Below are positions 1 through 16,129 of a stretch of DNA of 64,000 bases, one piece after another. Below the pieces are notes generated by a model, which made no database searches, was not told where the DNA came from, and saw only the letters and a list, made by a program, of their open reading frames with translations. The number at the start of each line of letters is the position of its first letter. The first letter of the stretch is position 1. Origin of the DNA: the human T2T-CHM13v2.0 reference genome, Homo sapiens; assembly GCF_009914755.1 (NCBI RefSeq), contig NC_060927.1. The stretch is one strand, 5' to 3'. A program made the translations under genes and the position numbers.

Positions 1-499
1 CCCTTGGAATAGTTCCACTCTGTGTTTTGGGAGTCATTTCTGGGTGAGGAACCTTGGAGCCTGAATGTCCAGTTCTCAGAGTTATCTAATATCATCTAAT
101 TTCAATGAAAAAAAAAAAACCTGGGCTTTTAAATAATTAAAGTTAGTTTTATTCAGTCTTACTGAAGATCGCAACCTGGGAAAGTTTTGGAGAATTTCTG
201 TTAGACTGCTCCAAAGCAGTGTTTCATGCCACAGCTTATTTAGCAGGAGGTGGATGTTCTGCATGTGCTCAGAAGTTCCATTAAAGCAAAAACGCATCCA
301 AGTTTGGGTGTGAGAGTGTATCTGCTTATAGATTAAAGAGGTATAGTTGTTAACCCTGTCAGATATTATTTTATATACAGGAAAAGGCAGGGGCTAGGAT
401 CATTTAACTTATATTTTCTAAAAATATAGTGACTCAGGTAAGCATTATGGGGACCTACACTCTAGCCTGTTTATTGTCTTCAAGGCATTCCTCTGGAGG

Positions 500-702
500 G
501 ATGTGCTTAGTCACTGAGTTTGGGGTTTGTGAAGCTATGCTGACAAGCCATATGAGCAAATAGGATTTCTTTAAGGCAAGGGCCAACTATGTGGCTGGCC
601 AGAAGCAGACATTTGCTACTTGTCTCACATAATAAACCTTATTTCTGTTTATACTTGCCTCTCTATATTTTGTTGCTAGCTCTGGAGGATCCTGACTAAT
701 AA
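500..702 (+). mobile_element. Old LTR 3' fragment (MLT2/ERVL-like)
   Basis: AATAAA at ~631, then an end 'ctggaggatcctgactaataa' resembling the ERVL/MLT2 terminus 'ctggagaaccctgactaataca'. The 5' boundary is uncertain. Confidence 0.35.
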
Positions 703-3416
703 GGAAAGTAATCATATTTTCACATTCATTGAGACATTTTTATTAAGCACTTCCTGTGTGTCGTGCGTGGGGCTAGATCCTGAACTATAACCATGTTTCT
801 AACAGGCATAAATTTTGACTTCAAGAGGTTTAAATTTTAAAAATTTTTCAGTTCATTGTTGTACAGATTTATGAGTTTATATTAAGGTATATCAATAATA
901 TATGCCATCGAAGCCAGTCAGCCTCATACTTTCAATTTGAAATACCATTTTCAGAAATAAATGCATATTTTATTACATGACACTATATAATGGTCATATA
1001 AATGAAACTATCTTCCCATTGAATAAAAAACAAAACTGGAAACAAAAGTAACCAAGGAAACATGTCTATCAGGGAGGTTTTTGGTTGTTTGTTTATTTGC
1101 TTTTTTACAGTTTTTAATGCTAACTTTAGTTTACTTTTGTGATACTTATCAGACAATTTTATTCTTTTTCTGGAGTACTGTTTCACCACTCAGTAGTGAA
1201 ACAATGCCTCTTTAAAGTTAGTGCTAATTCTTAAATTTGACACAAGATGCTTCATTTTGAGGAAAGTATTATAAAAACAAAATAGAAAATTGCATCTTTG
1301 AAGTATATCTCCTTTTAGCTGTTTTCTTCATACACTATGAATTTTACTTAAGGAAATGAAAAATTAAGATTGGAGTGCAATCCATCCCTGACTATTTCTA
1401 TAGCAATTGGAAAGTTTATACACAGATGCAAATTATATTTGACAAAATAGGAAGTAACATTTCATTGGAAGCTATGTTCTGCAAACAGCACATGCTTTCT
1501 TGGAGTTTTGACAGAAAACCATTTTTTTTTCCTATAAACATACAGATGTATTTAAGGGATAATTAGCAGAAAATTATGTACCTAAGTTTCTTGTTTAAGT
1601 ATAATTTCAAATTCTTGGAAGCTGGATTTGATAATTAAGATTAATTAATTTCTTAGTAAGGGATGCTTTACCCTAAGAAACACTAACTAATGAATATAAC
1701 TTGTAGACTTGAGAGGTAAACCTTCAATGTGAAGCTCCGTTAGCACATTCCAAATTATTTAGACGGAGGTTTCTAGTCAGAATAGTCTTTGAAAACTGCA
1801 TTTCAAATGGTAGTTGACAATACAGCTTAAGATATCCCGCTTAGGAACATACATAGCAGGGAGGAGGTGCAATAAAGGGGCAAGAACACCGTGTGTGGGA
1901 TCAGGAGACCTGGTCCTGCTATTAAATGCCTTTCTTTTTCTCACCTGTAAAAATGAATGAATTGATCTCTAAGGTTCCCTGGAGCTCTAAGTTCTATGAC
2001 TACACAGCAGATAGTATAGAAATAATAAGAATAGTTGATACCTCTTTTGGCTGTAAGTTGAAGAGGAAACTAAAAAAGGGTTGTAAATTTTAAAACTTTG
2101 ATTTTACCATGAGTGCTTCTTATTATAATTATTAGGTTCTTGCAGTACTGGAGTTGATTACATAAAACTGATTACTTGGGTTTAATTAATTAATTCCACA
2201 GCAAGAGATAATAAGAATTATCCCCACTCAGATAAATGAAAGTGGGTAAAGAAAATAGGGCCAAAGATAAAAAATAAATTATCAATTGTAAGAGAGATTT
2301 TTTGATGAACCAACTTCATAAATAAAGCTGCTATTCTTTGACTTGATTTGAACCTGGGGAAGCTAATGGTAGAAAGGATCTGCGTCATTGTCTGGTGTGA
2401 AAAATGGACAAATTTGGATTTGTTTTTTAATGTGCTTGTTTAAGAGTCTGGTCATGATTTGTTTTGGGTGGAATTTTGTGACTTGAATAGAGTTGATGGT
2501 TATTGTACTTGGTGTAATTATAAATTGAACAATTCCTTCTTATAGGGAATACAAGAAAGTGTTTAGAGTATTTGTTTTGATGTGTACAACTTGTTCCTCT
2601 CTTTCCAGAATTAAAGACCTTACTCTCCCTGCAAAAACTTTTAATACTCTGTACTAATCTCTACTATTGTCTTTCTTCCTCTCTTATTATATTGCTCCAG
2701 CTGTGATGTCTCTCATCCTGTCACTTCTTTGGCACTGAGATACAATCTTTCTCTTAGAATAATTTGTTAGCCTTCTTATAAATTGTGTACCTGAACTCAT
2801 ATATGATTGGAGCCTCTTAATATGTAAAGCACTTGAAATGGAATGACCCTGGGTAAGAGTTCCCATCATGTCCCCTTACTGCATGTGGAGGTCTTATTTT
2901 TAAGCTCTTTGCAGTCTCTTTTATTAGGTTCCCTGGGTATAGTGAATGCTTAATAAATAATGATGAAGGTTTTGAAATGTCACTTTACAAATGAGAAGTC
3001 GGAAGGGTTTTGGCCTATGTGGATTAACAAGTCATCCAGTGAAGCAACCTTTATCCTCAGGATTCTCACAGAGTCTATCTAGTTAAACCTGAGATTTAAC
3101 ATCAGGTGAGTAGATAAAATGAGTGTATCTATCCAGCACAGGATGGGAGAAATAGATCTTTTCAAAAACAGTACAAGTGTTCATAAATGAAGGCATTGTA
3201 ATTGTTAGTGGCAGGAAATAGAAATATGGGCATTATGATACCACTATGGAATGTTCATAATAAGTGTTAGTAATTATTTGATTTACAAGACAAAAGGGGG
3301 AGTGGATATTGTGATGTTATTTAAGGATAACTCTGTCATGTGAGAAGTGGAAGCAGGGGAAAATAAACTGCAGGGCATTTTGCATTAAGTATAAAATTAA
3401 AATTAAAAAAAATATG

Positions 3417-7104
<3,688 letters not shown>

Positions 7105-8774
7105 CAGAAACTTTCAATCTAGGCAGATACACCCGATTGTCTTTCATGTTCCAAGAAATGTCCTGTCTGCTACTAGAGAGCTATGGTGTTATGGTGGTGT
7201 CACTTAGTAATCCCAGTGGCAAAAATCCTTCCAATTTTCACCAACAAATTCTTCATAAGAGGATTGGGAAATTCTCAGTATTTTGTTTTTCTAATACGCT
7301 CTGACACACTAGTTTTCCTCACAACCAATTACATTGCATTGGAATAGAGGTAATGGGAAGGAGGCCTTTTAAGTGTAGACCATTTACAAAAGTGTGAGCC
7401 ATATGGATGTTCATTCTCTTCTGACTTCTCTCTCTTCTCAGTTCTCCTTTTTTTTTTTCCGTGGAGACCTTGTTTTCAGACCCATGGGGTCTGGTATCCT
7501 GCCATCTCTCAGGAAGTTTTAGTTTTTCTCACAAAAGAAGGTTTTAGCTGAACATTCTAGTGGTTTACAAATGCAAGACTCTGATATTCCTTCTATAATC
7601 AGGATGTGATGACTCCAAAGACAGGATGGAGGGGTGTTAGAAGGCTTCAGTCCTGTGTGTGAAGGTGTGACCTTTAATTACATTCACTTTTCCTCCCAGC
7701 TTCCTAGGAAGATAACATACTTTTTCAATCTCATCATCCTTTTTCTTCCCTTGAGAAAAACTAGTCTATTTTAATATATAAAAAGTATATTTCCCTTGTT
7801 GGTATGATTTTAGCCCTGCCCTTTGTGAAATAAGAGTCCTGTAAATATTGTGATGAGAGCATTGGACTCTTGGGTCTTTTTTATATTACAAAGAATCTCA
7901 CCACTCCAGCTCTAATTGGTTCTTTCTTAGCCATCTGGGATAGGTGGTACCAGCTCTATTTAAGTGCTTTCTGATTCCAAATCTCTCTTAATAGAAGGGT
8001 ATTTGTACTTGTGTGTATAAGTGCGTGTGATTATGGGGAGGTCAGCTTCTTTATGAAAACCGTAATATTGGGGAAGTATTAAAAGAAAGCTGGTGTGTCT
8101 TGGATTAGAAATGAACTTAATTATTAAAAGCCAAACTAGACATCTACTAAGAGGTTGTACAACATAAAATTATACAGTGTATGCATAGATTGCATAATAT
8201 GGTTTCAGGGTAAAACCCAAGGGGTTAGTTAGCCATCACTTGTGAAAAGAAGTTCAGCTGCTGCCCAGGTTATAAATACATTTAATGCAAAAGAGTGTGG
8301 AGAGGAATTTTCCTGAAAAAGGAATTTTAAATGGTGTATCCTATATATAGTTCCACACCATTTTACTCCCCCGGGGAAGATGACATTTGTTTTAGGGAGG
8401 TAGATTTGAATAAATTTGCCTCTTTGGGCTGCTAATCAGTATGCAGAGTTTCAGCCAAGAAAAGCCAATTTCTCTCCTACAATTTTAACTCTCTTGGAAA
8501 GTGATGGGGTTTTTACTTCAATTGCTCAGGTAGCCCCTTTTCCCCTTTTGCCTGATGGTGAATAAATGCAAGCAATTCCTTATTAAAGGCACAGTCCTGT
8601 TATTTTTACCAGTGAGTTCCACAGCTAAGGGTGCTGGCTTTCTACCTGAGGTAAGGATGATGAGGTCTGATGCCACCCTGTGAATCTCTTGGCTCTCAGG
8701 TCTATCCACAGAGGTGCCTCTACTCTGCTCTGTCTCCATGACTTTTGTCAAGGGCTCCCCTTATTCTGCTATTG

Positions 8775-9342
8775 CTTTTCTGTCTCCAAGTGGCCTCTAA
8801 GACCACCTGCACATTTGGTGATTTGCTAGAAGGATTCACAGACTTCAATGTCTTACTTATAGTTAAGATTTACTATTGCAGTAGAGTAAGAATACATAGC
8901 AAGATCACTAAGGGAAAAAAGTAAAAACATATTTCTTAGGAAGCATCTGGGGAAATTCCTTTGCAGGCTTCCTGTGTTCCTTTCCTCCCATGAGGGGTCA
9001 CACACAGCATATACCCTTCCTGTAGTAGTAAAAATGCAGACACACGTGTGCAATATGTCTGCCAAAGGAAGACTTTGTGACTCAACAAAGGTTTTCATGG
9101 GGGGCTGATCACAGAGGCACCTGTGCCCACCAAAATTCCAGGTTCTAATACAGGAAGCAGGTGTTCATCATAAAATATATTTGTACAAACAGTCTAAGCA
9201 AGCTGGCACAGCAGTCGAATCTTAGCACTTAGTAAATATTTCAGAAACCAGGCTCCCAGACACCAGCCAAGGGCCAACCTTGAAAGAAAGACCTTCTAAA
9301 GATAGTAGCCTCAGGGCAGCTATATTAGCTTTTTTTCCTGCA
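8775..9342 (-). mobile_element. MER68/MER77-like ERVL LTR
   Basis: The reverse complement of the right end resembles 'tgtgcagaaaagagttaacatagcaggcctgagactgctatccttagaaagg...ggttggcccttggctgg'. Confidence 0.75.
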
Positions 9343-9359
9343 AATTTTCCCATTTCCTT

Positions 9360-10280
9360 TATGGTTGCTTTGGAGCAAAGTATCTAGATTTGAGTCCTGA
9401 AGACATATGTGATGTTTTCCCATTAACTTCCCTGGTTCTCAATTTCCTTTTCTGGACAATGGGTATAAAACCCAGCTGCCAGTGATTTGGCACAAACAAT
9501 TTGGTTTAAAGCAATTTGGTAGGTTGGTTAGCATGACAATTTTATCTAAAAGGAATACCTTTCTAAGATTTTGTTGGAAAAGTTTATGCCAAAGTGCTTT
9601 GTAAACTACAAATTAAAATGCTCTACAAAATATTATTTATTGTTCCTAATCTGTTGGCTCCAAGCGTTGTAGACCATGGCCTCCTTTACGCACTTCCCAG
9701 CTCTTGTATGTGCTCCGGGCACTAGGATACTCTGGGTGGGACAGAGGTACTTCTGCAGAAATAATGTGATGTGATCTTTGTAGGGACATCAATGCCAGTT
9801 GTGCCTCACCTGTCTCACTTTAGAAATTACAAAGGAAGCATCTGATCTCAGTAATATACAGAGAAGTTAGATGCACAGATTCTAAATCCAGATAGCCTCA
9901 GCTTGAATCCCAATTTTTCCACTTACTGGCTTTATCTTGGGCAAATGACTTACTCTCTGGGTCTCAGCTTCTTTATCTGTAAGAGGAGACAAAAGCACCA
10001 ATATCATGTGTTGTTCAGGAAATTAAATGACTGGCACCTGGGAAATGCCACATACATTTTTTCTATTTTTATGATTAACTTTATTGATATATTTGAAACA
10101 TTGTGTTGTATAATAGAAAGAAAATGGATCTTTGAATCAGGTAGATGTGGATTTCAACACTGGCTCATTGCCTTATTATCTGTATAACTTTGGGAAAATT
10201 ATTCAACCTCTTTGAACTCTTTTTTCCCTGGATAAGAAAATGGGGATAATATTTATCTGGCAGTGTTTGTATCACGAGTA
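9360..10280 (+). mobile_element. Cluster of MIR fragments (~9360-9480, 9850-10030, 10100-10280)
   Basis: MIR core motifs such as 'ttgggcaaatgacttactctctgggtctcagcttctttatctgtaa' and 'ttgggaaaattattcaacctctttgaactc...aaaatggggataat'. Confidence 0.7.
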
Positions 10281-10600
10281 AAGGCCTTGAGACTGGAAGT
10301 ATCTTGGCATATTTGAAGAACAGTAAAAAGCTCAGGGTGGCAGGAAAGTGGTCAATGAAGGGAGAAGGATGGGGATCAGAGAGACAGGCAGGGACAGGTC
10401 AGTCGGGGCCTTGTTACTTAGGGAGAAACGTTGAATGTTCTTCTGAGTTGAGAGAAGTCTTTGCAGAATAAGCAGGAAAGATATATTCGGATTTACACTT
10501 AAAAATTAAATCCAGTAGCAGGGCATAGAGTAAGCAGGAAAGATATATTCTGATTTACACTTAAAAATTCAATCCAAAGCAGGGCATACCAGGGAGAGCA
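10280..10600 (-). mobile_element. L2 fragment containing a ~62-bp tandem duplication
   Basis: Purine-rich L2-like text 'ggccttgagactggaagtatcttggcatatttgaagaacagtaaaaag'; duplicated unit at 10469-10530 and 10531-10590. Confidence 0.6.
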
Positions 10601-10604
10601 GGTA

Positions 10605-10705
10605 TGCATCTCTTATATTTTATAATGTAGCTACTCAAAAATATAACATCTTATAAGGTACTTGTATTTGTGGCTCACATTATGTTTTGATTGGACATTA
10701 CTAGT
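10605..10705. mobile_element. MER33/MER3-like hAT-Charlie fragment
   Basis: 'atttgtggctcacattatgttttgattggaca' resembles the MER33 terminus. Confidence 0.5.
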
Positions 10706-10754
10706 CTAGGATGTTTGTTAAAACAGAAAGTCATAATATTCCATTCACTGACTT

Positions 10755-10812
10755 TGTAACCACCCAAAGGGTTCACCTTGCCTGCTGCCTAAACAGAGCC
10801 AATTTATTTAGA
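10755..10812 (-). mobile_element. ~55-bp terminal fragment of a MER51/LTR8-group ERV1 LTR
   Basis: 'tgtaaccacccaaagggttcaccttgcctgctgcctaaacagagccaattt' matches the recalled terminus 'tgtaaccgcccaaggggttcaccttgcccgctgcctagacagagccgatt'. Confidence 0.7.
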
Positions 10813-12599
10813 TTGCGTCTCTTTCAGAAGGTGAGACAAATGGTGATGGTGGCTAGCAGTGGGTGGTAGAAATTAAGACGCTAAAACTGTATGATTACAA
10901 ATATATTAGTTTGACCGGTATTATTTACTTTAGCTGGTAATTATTACTAATACTGTTAGCATAAAATAACTTTCATTCACTGAGGGCAACACAAATGCAA
11001 GTTAACTTTTGCCAAACTAATATTTTTGAAGAAATCCTTTGGTATTTTTGAAAGGGAAGTAATCATAAAGGAGAAATTTTATGAAGTGGCCTTATTTATT
11101 CTCCTCACAGCTATATGGGAGTGAGGCTTATTACTTTTGTGATTTCTCATATTTCCTCATTATAAAATCCCCAAACGACTCAGAAGAGGAATGAGTGTAA
11201 ACATTTTGGGCATCATGTGTGCGGCGATGATTCTGAAAATGTTTCATCAACTTGTCTTGGCTGGTTATAGAGTTTTCCTTCAGGACGTCTGCATCCTGGC
11301 CCTCTAATGGGGTGTTGAATTTCCCCAGAGTAGGTGTGAAAGCTCAGCTGTCAGGGCGGTTATGGTGTTTTATGCAGGTTGTTCCTTACCCTCCTGTTTA
11401 GATGTTTTTCTTTTGTCAGCATTTGATTGGATTCTTTCATCTGTGATTCAATGTCTGTATTAAACTCTGTTTGCTTCTCTGCTCCTCCTCAAGACTTTAT
11501 TATGTGGAAAAAAAAGCCTATGTCCTTTAGTGCTGATTTTCTGGTCTTTTAGGGAGGCAGTCTCTAGCAATCCTCCAAATAAAGAATATTTAGGGTTGAT
11601 TAACATGTGCTGGATCACTGAAGAAAGAGTTGGCCAGAAAAATGGTTCATCATGTTTGCCATATAAGAATAAAGTTCAAGAGAACCTTCAAGCACCCAAA
11701 CAGGTCACTTGGGTAATAATAGAAAATTACTCTTTAATGTCACATATTTACCTGAAGGCAGGAAACTGTGGAAGCACACAGGAAACTGTGGAAATACACA
11801 TGCATGAACTTCACTTCAGAAAAGGCTTAGGGTGTGGTGGACTGAAATCATCTTTCTTTGTGAGACAACGAATTCCTTTCTAGTCAAAGGGAGAAGATGC
11901 AGAGCTTTTTCTTTTCTTTTTTTCTTTTCTTTGAGGGGGACTGCTGCAAACTAAAGCTTGGTTCTTGCTCTGCCAACTCCTTGAAATACATTTGGCAAGT
12001 CAGTTCTTTGGGTCTCACTTGTAAAATAAAAATTTGGATCAAAAGATTTTTAAGTTCTCTCCCATCATAAATGACCCCTGAGATGGGCTGATGGTTTTTC
12101 TTTTACTATTTATATAAATATCTCCAGATTATCCTGAATTTAATTATTATTTTTTAAATAACTCACTCAAAGGATAATTTTTATCCATTGTTGACTTAAA
12201 ATCTGTTAGAAGGCTTAAATGTTTTCTGTGTAGAAACTAATTTTAATGAACACTATAAAAGTGCTAGTTTGATATAATAAGACCATTTCCACATCTCCAG
12301 AGGTGGTCCTGAGTAATAATATTTTACTGAGTTATATTAAAATTTTCAAAGTAATCTTTAATATGAATGTTTTCACCAGATTATTTTGTTGTAAGAGTCA
12401 ACAAATACAAGACTTTTGGAAATGTTTCTTTAAAACTACAACAGTGGCATCTGATAGGGCCTGTTTGCTGTTCACCAGTATTTTATAAACATCTAATTTT
12501 ATCTACCCCCAAATTTGTAAGTATTGCTAATTTCTTTTTCAGAAGAGGCAACTGAAGCAGACAGTTGAAGCATTTTTCTTAAAATGTTGTTTTCAACTA

Positions 12600-14050
12600 T
12601 TGAACTAAGTTCAACCCAATACAAATTTACTGTATATGGTGCCAAACATGGTGCTAGATGAAAGGCAGAAAAGAAGAACAAGATGGTCTTAGGACACAAG
12701 GGACTTCCAATGTGGAAGAAGTAGTTGAATATGCAGAATTCATCCTCCTGCTTCTGCTGTGTATAATTCATAACACCTATTTTATTACATATTTATTTTT
12801 TATTCTACATCTCTCTTTCCAATAGATTATGAACTTGATGAAAGCATAAAGCATGTGTTTTGTTGTTGTTGTTATTCACTCCTTTATATCTAAATCCTTG
12901 AACAATGCTGGTTACATAGTAGGCACTCAAAATATGTAAATTGAGTGAATAAATGAATTAATGAACCATGTATAGTATGGGGCATATTGAAAATTGATAC
13001 AAAGATTTTCAAGGAAGACACTGGGGGACACAGTACAAAGAGAGATTAATTTTGACACATCTTGTAGAGTTCCTGAAGGTGGAGACATTTGAATTGGATT
13101 AAAAGAATGGGCAGGGTTTCATTTGGGTTTTTGAGAGTGTTCTTCCAGGAGGAGCAAATGAGAAAAGGAAAAGGCAGGTGTAAGAACGTGCAGGGCATAT
13201 TGAGAGTAATTGTAATAGCAGTTAACCAGAAGTGAGCATTTTTTTTCTTCACTAGATGTTGTTCTTAGACTGTGTTATTTGCATTGTATCATTTGATCTT
13301 CAGAACCACATGGAGGAGTTGCTGGTTCATCATGTTCCTGATTGGGGAATCATAAGCTTGTATAAGGTGGAAAGTAGGTAGAAATAAAAATGTCAGTAGT
13401 AGTTTATATTTTGGAACATCTTTCATGCCAGAGTAAGGAAGGTGTACTTCTTCCTGAAGAACATGAAGAACCATTTGTATTAAGACTGACTTCTTCAAAT
13501 CTATGGCTGAGGAAAATGAGTTTGATGTTGGGGGTGATGGATAACCTAGAAGTTGAAGAAACTGCTAGCAGGTAGATCTGTTTCACTAATTCAGGAAAGA
13601 TAATGAAGATGTGACTACTCCAAAAAAGATGGAAAGGAGAGAGGCGGTATTTGAGGCACATTGCGGCCTTAGAATTAACAGAAGGATAAGAAAACAACCA
13701 TAACTCTGAGATTTTAACACTGAGTGATCCCTGGATGCTATCAGAATTGGAAATACCTGAGAATAATCAGATTTTTTAACAAATTTAACTTTATTTTTGG
13801 CCATTTTGGATATGACATGCCTTTCAGATTGTTGAGATGATGCTAGAATCACCAGGTATTGAAACTACTGAAGTTATACAGGATTACAAAAGTTATTTCA
13901 TCATTTAGTGCCTTCATTTTACATCTGAAGAAACTAAAGCCCAGAAGGTAAGTGTTCTCATCTATAATTACATGTTTAGTCAGTGTCAGAGGCAGACATT
14001 TGAAAGTATAGATTTGGAACTTAAGAAAGGATTTAGAAATATGAATGTTG
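12600..14050. mobile_element. Mixed L2 and MIR relics
   Basis: L2 3' end on + at ~12790-12965 ('catagtaggcactcaaaatatg...gaataaatgaa'); L2-like minus pieces 13020-13700; MIR-like 13850-14050. Confidence 0.55.
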
Positions 14051-15234
14051 ATATACAATATAAATGAGTCTTGAATCCTGACAAGTGTTACAGAGACTGG
14101 CATGTTATTTCTCAGATATTACAGAGTACATAACAATATTTGATTAAAAAGACTTCCTGCCGTGCTTATAGGGGCAGAGTTGAAGAGATGGGGCTAGGAA
14201 AGTGTTTGCCCAATATAATTTTAGCAAGAATAAAAAAGGAAAACCAACAATTCAAACTTCATAACAGCATCCCGTTTTGTATACTAGCAGTTGTAATTTT
14301 GTGCTTAAGTGAAATTCTAATGTAATGAAGCAATTTCGATGTTCTGTATGGTTCATTAAAGCATAATTCTACTACTTCTATGAATCCTTGTGCTGTTGCC
14401 CAAAGCCAGTTAATTTTTGTGGAAACACAATCCTCACTGATGTTTCTTAGAGGTACTTTGTATTACATAAGGCAAGACATTTAACAAGTCAAATAAACTG
14501 TTAAATACAATACAATTTCAGTTCAACACAGTTGTTTAAGATGCTTCTGTTAGAACTCTGTCCGATTCCATGCTCTGCCCTGCATACAAAGAAATGTTCT
14601 CTTTAGCTCCCCTTGCCTTTATTAAGCAGAATCTCTCTTTGGAAGTGTGGGGTCATCTAGAAAAATGGTTCCTGGGTGGAAATAGCCAATCAGCAGCCCT
14701 GAAAATACGTAGGTAATAGTTGTCAGAGCAGGGCAAAAAGGCATTTTACTTCCCAACACTTGAACACTGATGGTAGGCCCATGAATCATGACTGAACATT
14801 AAAACTTATACCTTCTATTGAATTACATGTTTTTATCCATTGATCAACCTCTCTTCATAACCTACTCCCACCCATACACCCGTCTCAGCCTCTAGTAGTG
14901 TTATCCTAATCTCTACATCCAAGAGATCAACTTTTTAGCTCCCACATATTAGTAAGAACATTCAATATTAGTCTTTCTGTGCCTGACTTATTTCTCTTAA
15001 CTTATTTCTCTTAACATGACCTCCCGGTTTCATCCATGTTGCTGCAAATAACATGATTTGATTCTTTTTATGACTGAATCCATTGTGTATACATACACCA
15101 CATTTTCTTTATCCATTTATCAGTTGATGGACACTTAGGTTGATTCCATCTTTGCTATTGTGAATAGTGCTACAAGAAACATGTTAGTTGTAAATACCCA
15201 GTAGTGGGATTGCTGAATCATATGTTAGTTCTAA

Positions 15235-15524
15235 TTTTTTTTTCTTTTTTTTTTGGTGACAGGATTCCTGTCACCCAGGCTGGACTGCAGTGGCACAGTT
15301 AGGGCTAACTGCAGGCTTGACCTCCTGGGCTCAAGCGATCCTTGCCCCTCAGCCTCCCAAGCAGCCAAGACTATAAGTGCATGACACCACGCCTGGCTAA
15401 TATTGGTAGAGACAGGGTTCAATTCTGTTGCCCAGGCTGGTCTCAAACTCCTGGGCTCAGGTAATCATCATGCCTTGGCCTCCCAAAATGCTGAGATTAC
15501 AGGCATGAGCCACTGTGCCTGGCC
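15235..15524 (-). mobile_element. AluJ SINE inside L1MA
   Basis: Reverse Alu with J-type 'cctcctgggctcaagcgatcc' and 'ctcctgggctcag'; poly(T) at the left end. Confidence 0.9.
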
Positions 15525-15642
15525 TATGTTTAGTTTTTTGAGAAATCTCTATACTGTTTCCCATAGTGGCTGTATTAATTTACATTTCCATCAAAAGTAT
15601 ATAGATGTTCCCTTTTCTCTGCATCTCACCAGGATCTATTAC

Positions 15643-15918
15643 TTTTGTTTGTTTGTTTGTTTGTTGTTTTGAGACCGAGTCTCGCTGTGTCACCAAGCTG
15701 GAGTGCAGTGGCGTGAACTCGGCTCTATGCAACCTCCACCTCCCAGGTTCAAGCTCTCCTGCCTCAGCCTCCTGAGTAGGCTGGGACTACAGGCACACAC
15801 CACCATGCCTGGCTAATTTTTCTATTTTTAATAGAGATGGGATTTCACCATGTTGGCCAGGATGGTCTTGATCTCTTGACCCCATGATCCGCCTGCCTCA
15901 AGTGCTGGGATTACAGGC
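15643..15918 (-). mobile_element. AluSc-like SINE, 5' ~20 bp missing
   Basis: (TTTG)n tail and 'ggccaggatggtcttgatctcttgacc'; ends at 'ttacaggc' and abuts L1 sequence. Confidence 0.85.
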
Positions 15919-16055
15919 AGGGTAAGAGGATATCTCATTGTGGTTTTGATTTGCATTTCCCTGATGAGTAGTGATGTTGAGCATTTTTAAATATACCTTT
16001 ACCCATTTGCATGTCATGTTTTGAGAAATATCTATTCAGTAGTCCTTTGCCTACC

Positions 16056-16129
16056 TTTTTTTTCTTTTTTATTATGCTTTAAGTTCTAGGGTACATGTGC
16101 AGAATGTGCAGTTTTGTTACATAGGTATA
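16056..16129 (-). mobile_element. Minimal ~75-bp L1PA 3'-end insertion with TSD
   Basis: Poly(T) + 'attatgctttaagttctagggtacatgtgcagaatgtgcag...ataggtata', flanked by ctttgcctac at 16045-16054 and 16130-16139. Confidence 0.9.

Noticed and set aside
14986-15015. Short tandem duplication of acttatttctctta
   Set aside because: Trivial slippage duplication inside an L1 3' region.
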